From Anthoceros angustus (Eukaryota > Plantae > Anthocerotophyta), in NCBI GenBank assembly GCA_010909165.1, contig MU008207.1, forward strand, positions 1 through 64,000: 64,000 nt of DNA, given 5' to 3'. A program made the position numbers and the translations under genes. Under the pieces are notes generated by a model. That model was given only the letters and a program-made list of their open reading frames with translations. It did no database searches and was not told the origin of the DNA. This document shows positions 62,570 through 64,000 of this stretch, piece after piece (positions within the stretch are counted from its first letter, which is position 1; each line of letters begins with the position of its first letter).

Positions 62570-63290
62570 GTTAAGCTTCTTAAGCTTAGATTAGTAATTT
62601 GATGGGGTGTCTCGAGGGAGTGGATGTCCTTAGTGCAAGTAGCTTAGATCCATACCTAGACAGGCTACCTATAGGGAGTGGATGTCTTGGTGCAAGTAGC
62701 TTAGTATACCATGGCACAAGTAGTTAAGTACCAAGTCCCACGATAGAAACAATTCCGTCCCATGATAAAAACAATTCCGTCTGAATAGACTTTGATAGAC
62801 TTCTTCTTCTTCTTCAATTCTTATAAGCATGTAGCTGCTAAGCATCCTGCACTTAGATTAGTACTTAGATAGGGTGCTTAGAAGGAGTAAATGCCCTTGG
62901 TGCAAGTAGCTTATTTAATTCTTAGGATTTCTAGGCGCCCTAGCGAATAGTGCCCTAAATAGGTGAGTATTTTATCATGTCTTAGAGTATTAGGTAGTCA
63001 TTATTTTAGTTAATTGGTTATGTTGGTTGGAACAACCTATAATGACCTAATGTATATGAGCACTTCTGCTTTTCTATTATGAATCTAATGCTAGAAATAC
63101 TTTGAGCAAGTGATGATTCTCATCAAGATAATCATGGTACAAGTTGTTAAGTACTTAATAGGGGTGCTTAGAGGGAGTAGAAACCCAGTTGCCTGAGCAA
63201 GTGATGATTCTCATCAAGATACATCATGGTACAAGTTGTTAAGTACTTAATAGGGGTGCTTAGAGGGAGTAGAAACCCAGTTGCCTCATT
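62570..63290. mobile_element. Scrambled LTR/leader debris related to the copia LTR family at 10021/19640, with short direct repeats
   Basis: GAATAGTGCCCTAA at ~62945 matches the LTR on the plus strand, and ~63000-63120 matches its reverse complement. There is a ~92-bp direct repeat (63102-63192 / 63194-63286) and GTGCAAGTAGCTTA x3. Confidence 0.65.
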
Positions 63291-64000
63291 TGTTCGTTGA
63301 TGGTCAATCTGCAATCGCTCACCCAAGCCTTCGCTGTCATCCCTACCTGCCGAGGTCATGGCGAAATTGGTAAGGATTGATTGTTGGTTGGAGCTTAGGG
63401 TGGCGGCTTTGAACTATTGCGGCTTTGCTGCCATTTAGCGGCTTTGGTTATGGATTTATGATTGTCGCAAGCCACGATCAAGACTGTGATCTTGGAAGCG
63501 AATGAGCCTGGAACAAGCCGTCTTGGTTGCTGTGGTTTAGAGTACATATAGGGTATTAAAGACGTATGTCAAGAAGTATTTCCTAACTAATATGGTTGGA
63601 ACTATACTAAGCTGATTATTTATCTAAACTGACTATTTATCTGAATATTACGGGATAAACTAACTTATATGGCCTATTACGGGCAGGCGTGCCGTCTTTC
63701 CGCTTGTGAACTCGACTCCCTCTCGGACGCGAAAAGGGGGTGCCCTAGTTGCCCCCCTGCTATGGTGACCTATCTGGTCCCCAGCTTGCCGACTGAGGAT
63801 ACTGAGTGGTCACCCATGTGACATTCTCCCCCACTTAGCGAGGCTGGTCCTCCGGACCTTGGGCTATTCTTGGAGGCGAGGAAATTGTCGACACCGGATG
63901 ATCGGTTCCAGTGGCCAAGGCGTCGGCTTCGTTGCTCCATCCTACCAAACAATCCGTCAAGGTTCGGTTATGAAGCTTGCGATGTCTAACCTGGAGGATG
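63290..64000 (-). mobile_element. 3' end of a chromovirus-type Ty3/gypsy element: chromodomain remnant, PPT and start of the 3' LTR
   Basis: Minus-strand reading ILQVRHRKLHNRTLTDCLVGWSNEADALAT is chromodomain-like. PPT TAAGTGGGGGAGAA at 63837-63824, then the LTR starts TGTCAC at 63823. Confidence 0.75.

Overview
Eukaryotic land-plant nuclear DNA: GC-rich, gene-dense, with short (about 90-200 nt) GT-AG introns. The style suggests a compact seed-free plant genome such as a hornwort, but that is inference only. Positions 1-22.4 kb are a nest of decayed Ty1/copia and Ty3/gypsy LTR retrotransposons. The central piece is a copia element (10021-19849, minus strand, ~210-bp LTRs, tRNA-iMet PBS) inserted just after the FLDD motif of a gypsy RT. 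It carries two non-standard cargoes: a ~245-aa ORF upstream of gag, and a spliced antisense gene between RNase H and the 3' LTR. From 23 to 62 kb the window holds, in order: a DExH-helicase gene fragment, a secreted STIG1-like/extensin chimera, a PPR gene fragment, a GT61 glycosyltransferase, plastid NusG/pTAC13 head-to-head with a ~2400-aa acidic orphan protein, a locally duplicated cluster of small secreted peptide precursors (two of which share a CLE-like dodecamer, RRIPxxPPxxHD) that abuts two tandem subtilases, and an SNM1-type DNA cross-link repair nuclease. LTR-element debris (copia-like LTR pieces and a chromovirus 3' end) resumes at 62.5 kb. Tandem duplications with indel-rich junctions and several homopolymer -1 frameshifts suggest long-read assembly errors, so frameshift-based pseudogene calls are provisional. 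The best candidates for new biology are the peptide-precursor/subtilase cluster, the cargo-bearing copia element and the STIG1-extensin fusion.
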